NCBI GenBank assembly: GCA_043820105.1
Contig: JBDREC010000024.1
Coordinates: 1-46,003, forward strand
Direction: 5' to 3'
Source: Pseudomonadota bacterium
GTDB taxonomy: Bacteria; Bdellovibrionota_F; JAHFAK01; JBDREC01
Length of the DNA: 46,003 nt
The notes under the pieces are model-generated. The model saw nothing but the letters and a program-made list of their open reading frames with translations. It was not told the DNA's origin and ran no database searches. The stretch's first letter is position 1; the number at the start of each line of letters is the position of its first letter. A program made the translations under genes and the position numbers. Shown piece after piece: positions 46,002 through 46,003 of the stretch.

Positions 46002-46003
46002 TC

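Overview
AT-rich bacterial DNA; the gene content (pilT, MerR-type HTH, NifU-C, sigma54 and IHF sites, many secreted helical orphans) suggests a deltaproteobacterial/Bdellovibrionota-like lineage, which is inference only. Ordinary genes include a DUF1460 amidase, YfcC-type antiporter, NifU-C, MerR, DUF362 Fe-S protein, pilT, ROK kinase, FadL-type porin, S8 subtilase, alpha/beta hydrolase, rsmE, nitroreductase, MBL hydrolase, tRNA-Ser(GCT), FAD oxidoreductases and a 1.5-kaa Calx-beta-like surface lipoprotein. Five less ordinary signals stand out. (1) Secreted orphan genes sit behind four sigma54 -24/-12 promoters, two with perfect IHF sites. Three neighbouring helical orphans end in the same CxxLF C-terminus, and a ~100-aa helical module recurs five times across two large proteins. 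(2) A candidate ~70-nt sigma54-driven sRNA (8207-8276) has an anti-Shine-Dalgarno loop that pairs 22/23 nt with the subtilase start region. (3) pilT is followed by a degenerate PilT-like ATPase, a PilB-like pseudo-ATPase and a degenerate cNMP-binding protein. (4) Four-helix-bundle genes are preceded by inverted hexamer arrays, and 6-8-mer tandem repeats recur across many intergenic spaces. (5) Two 5'-truncated genes meet back-to-back at 7747. Three single-base homopolymer frameshifts suggest possible assembly error. I saw no CRISPR array, rRNA, integrase, transposase or reverse transcriptase.
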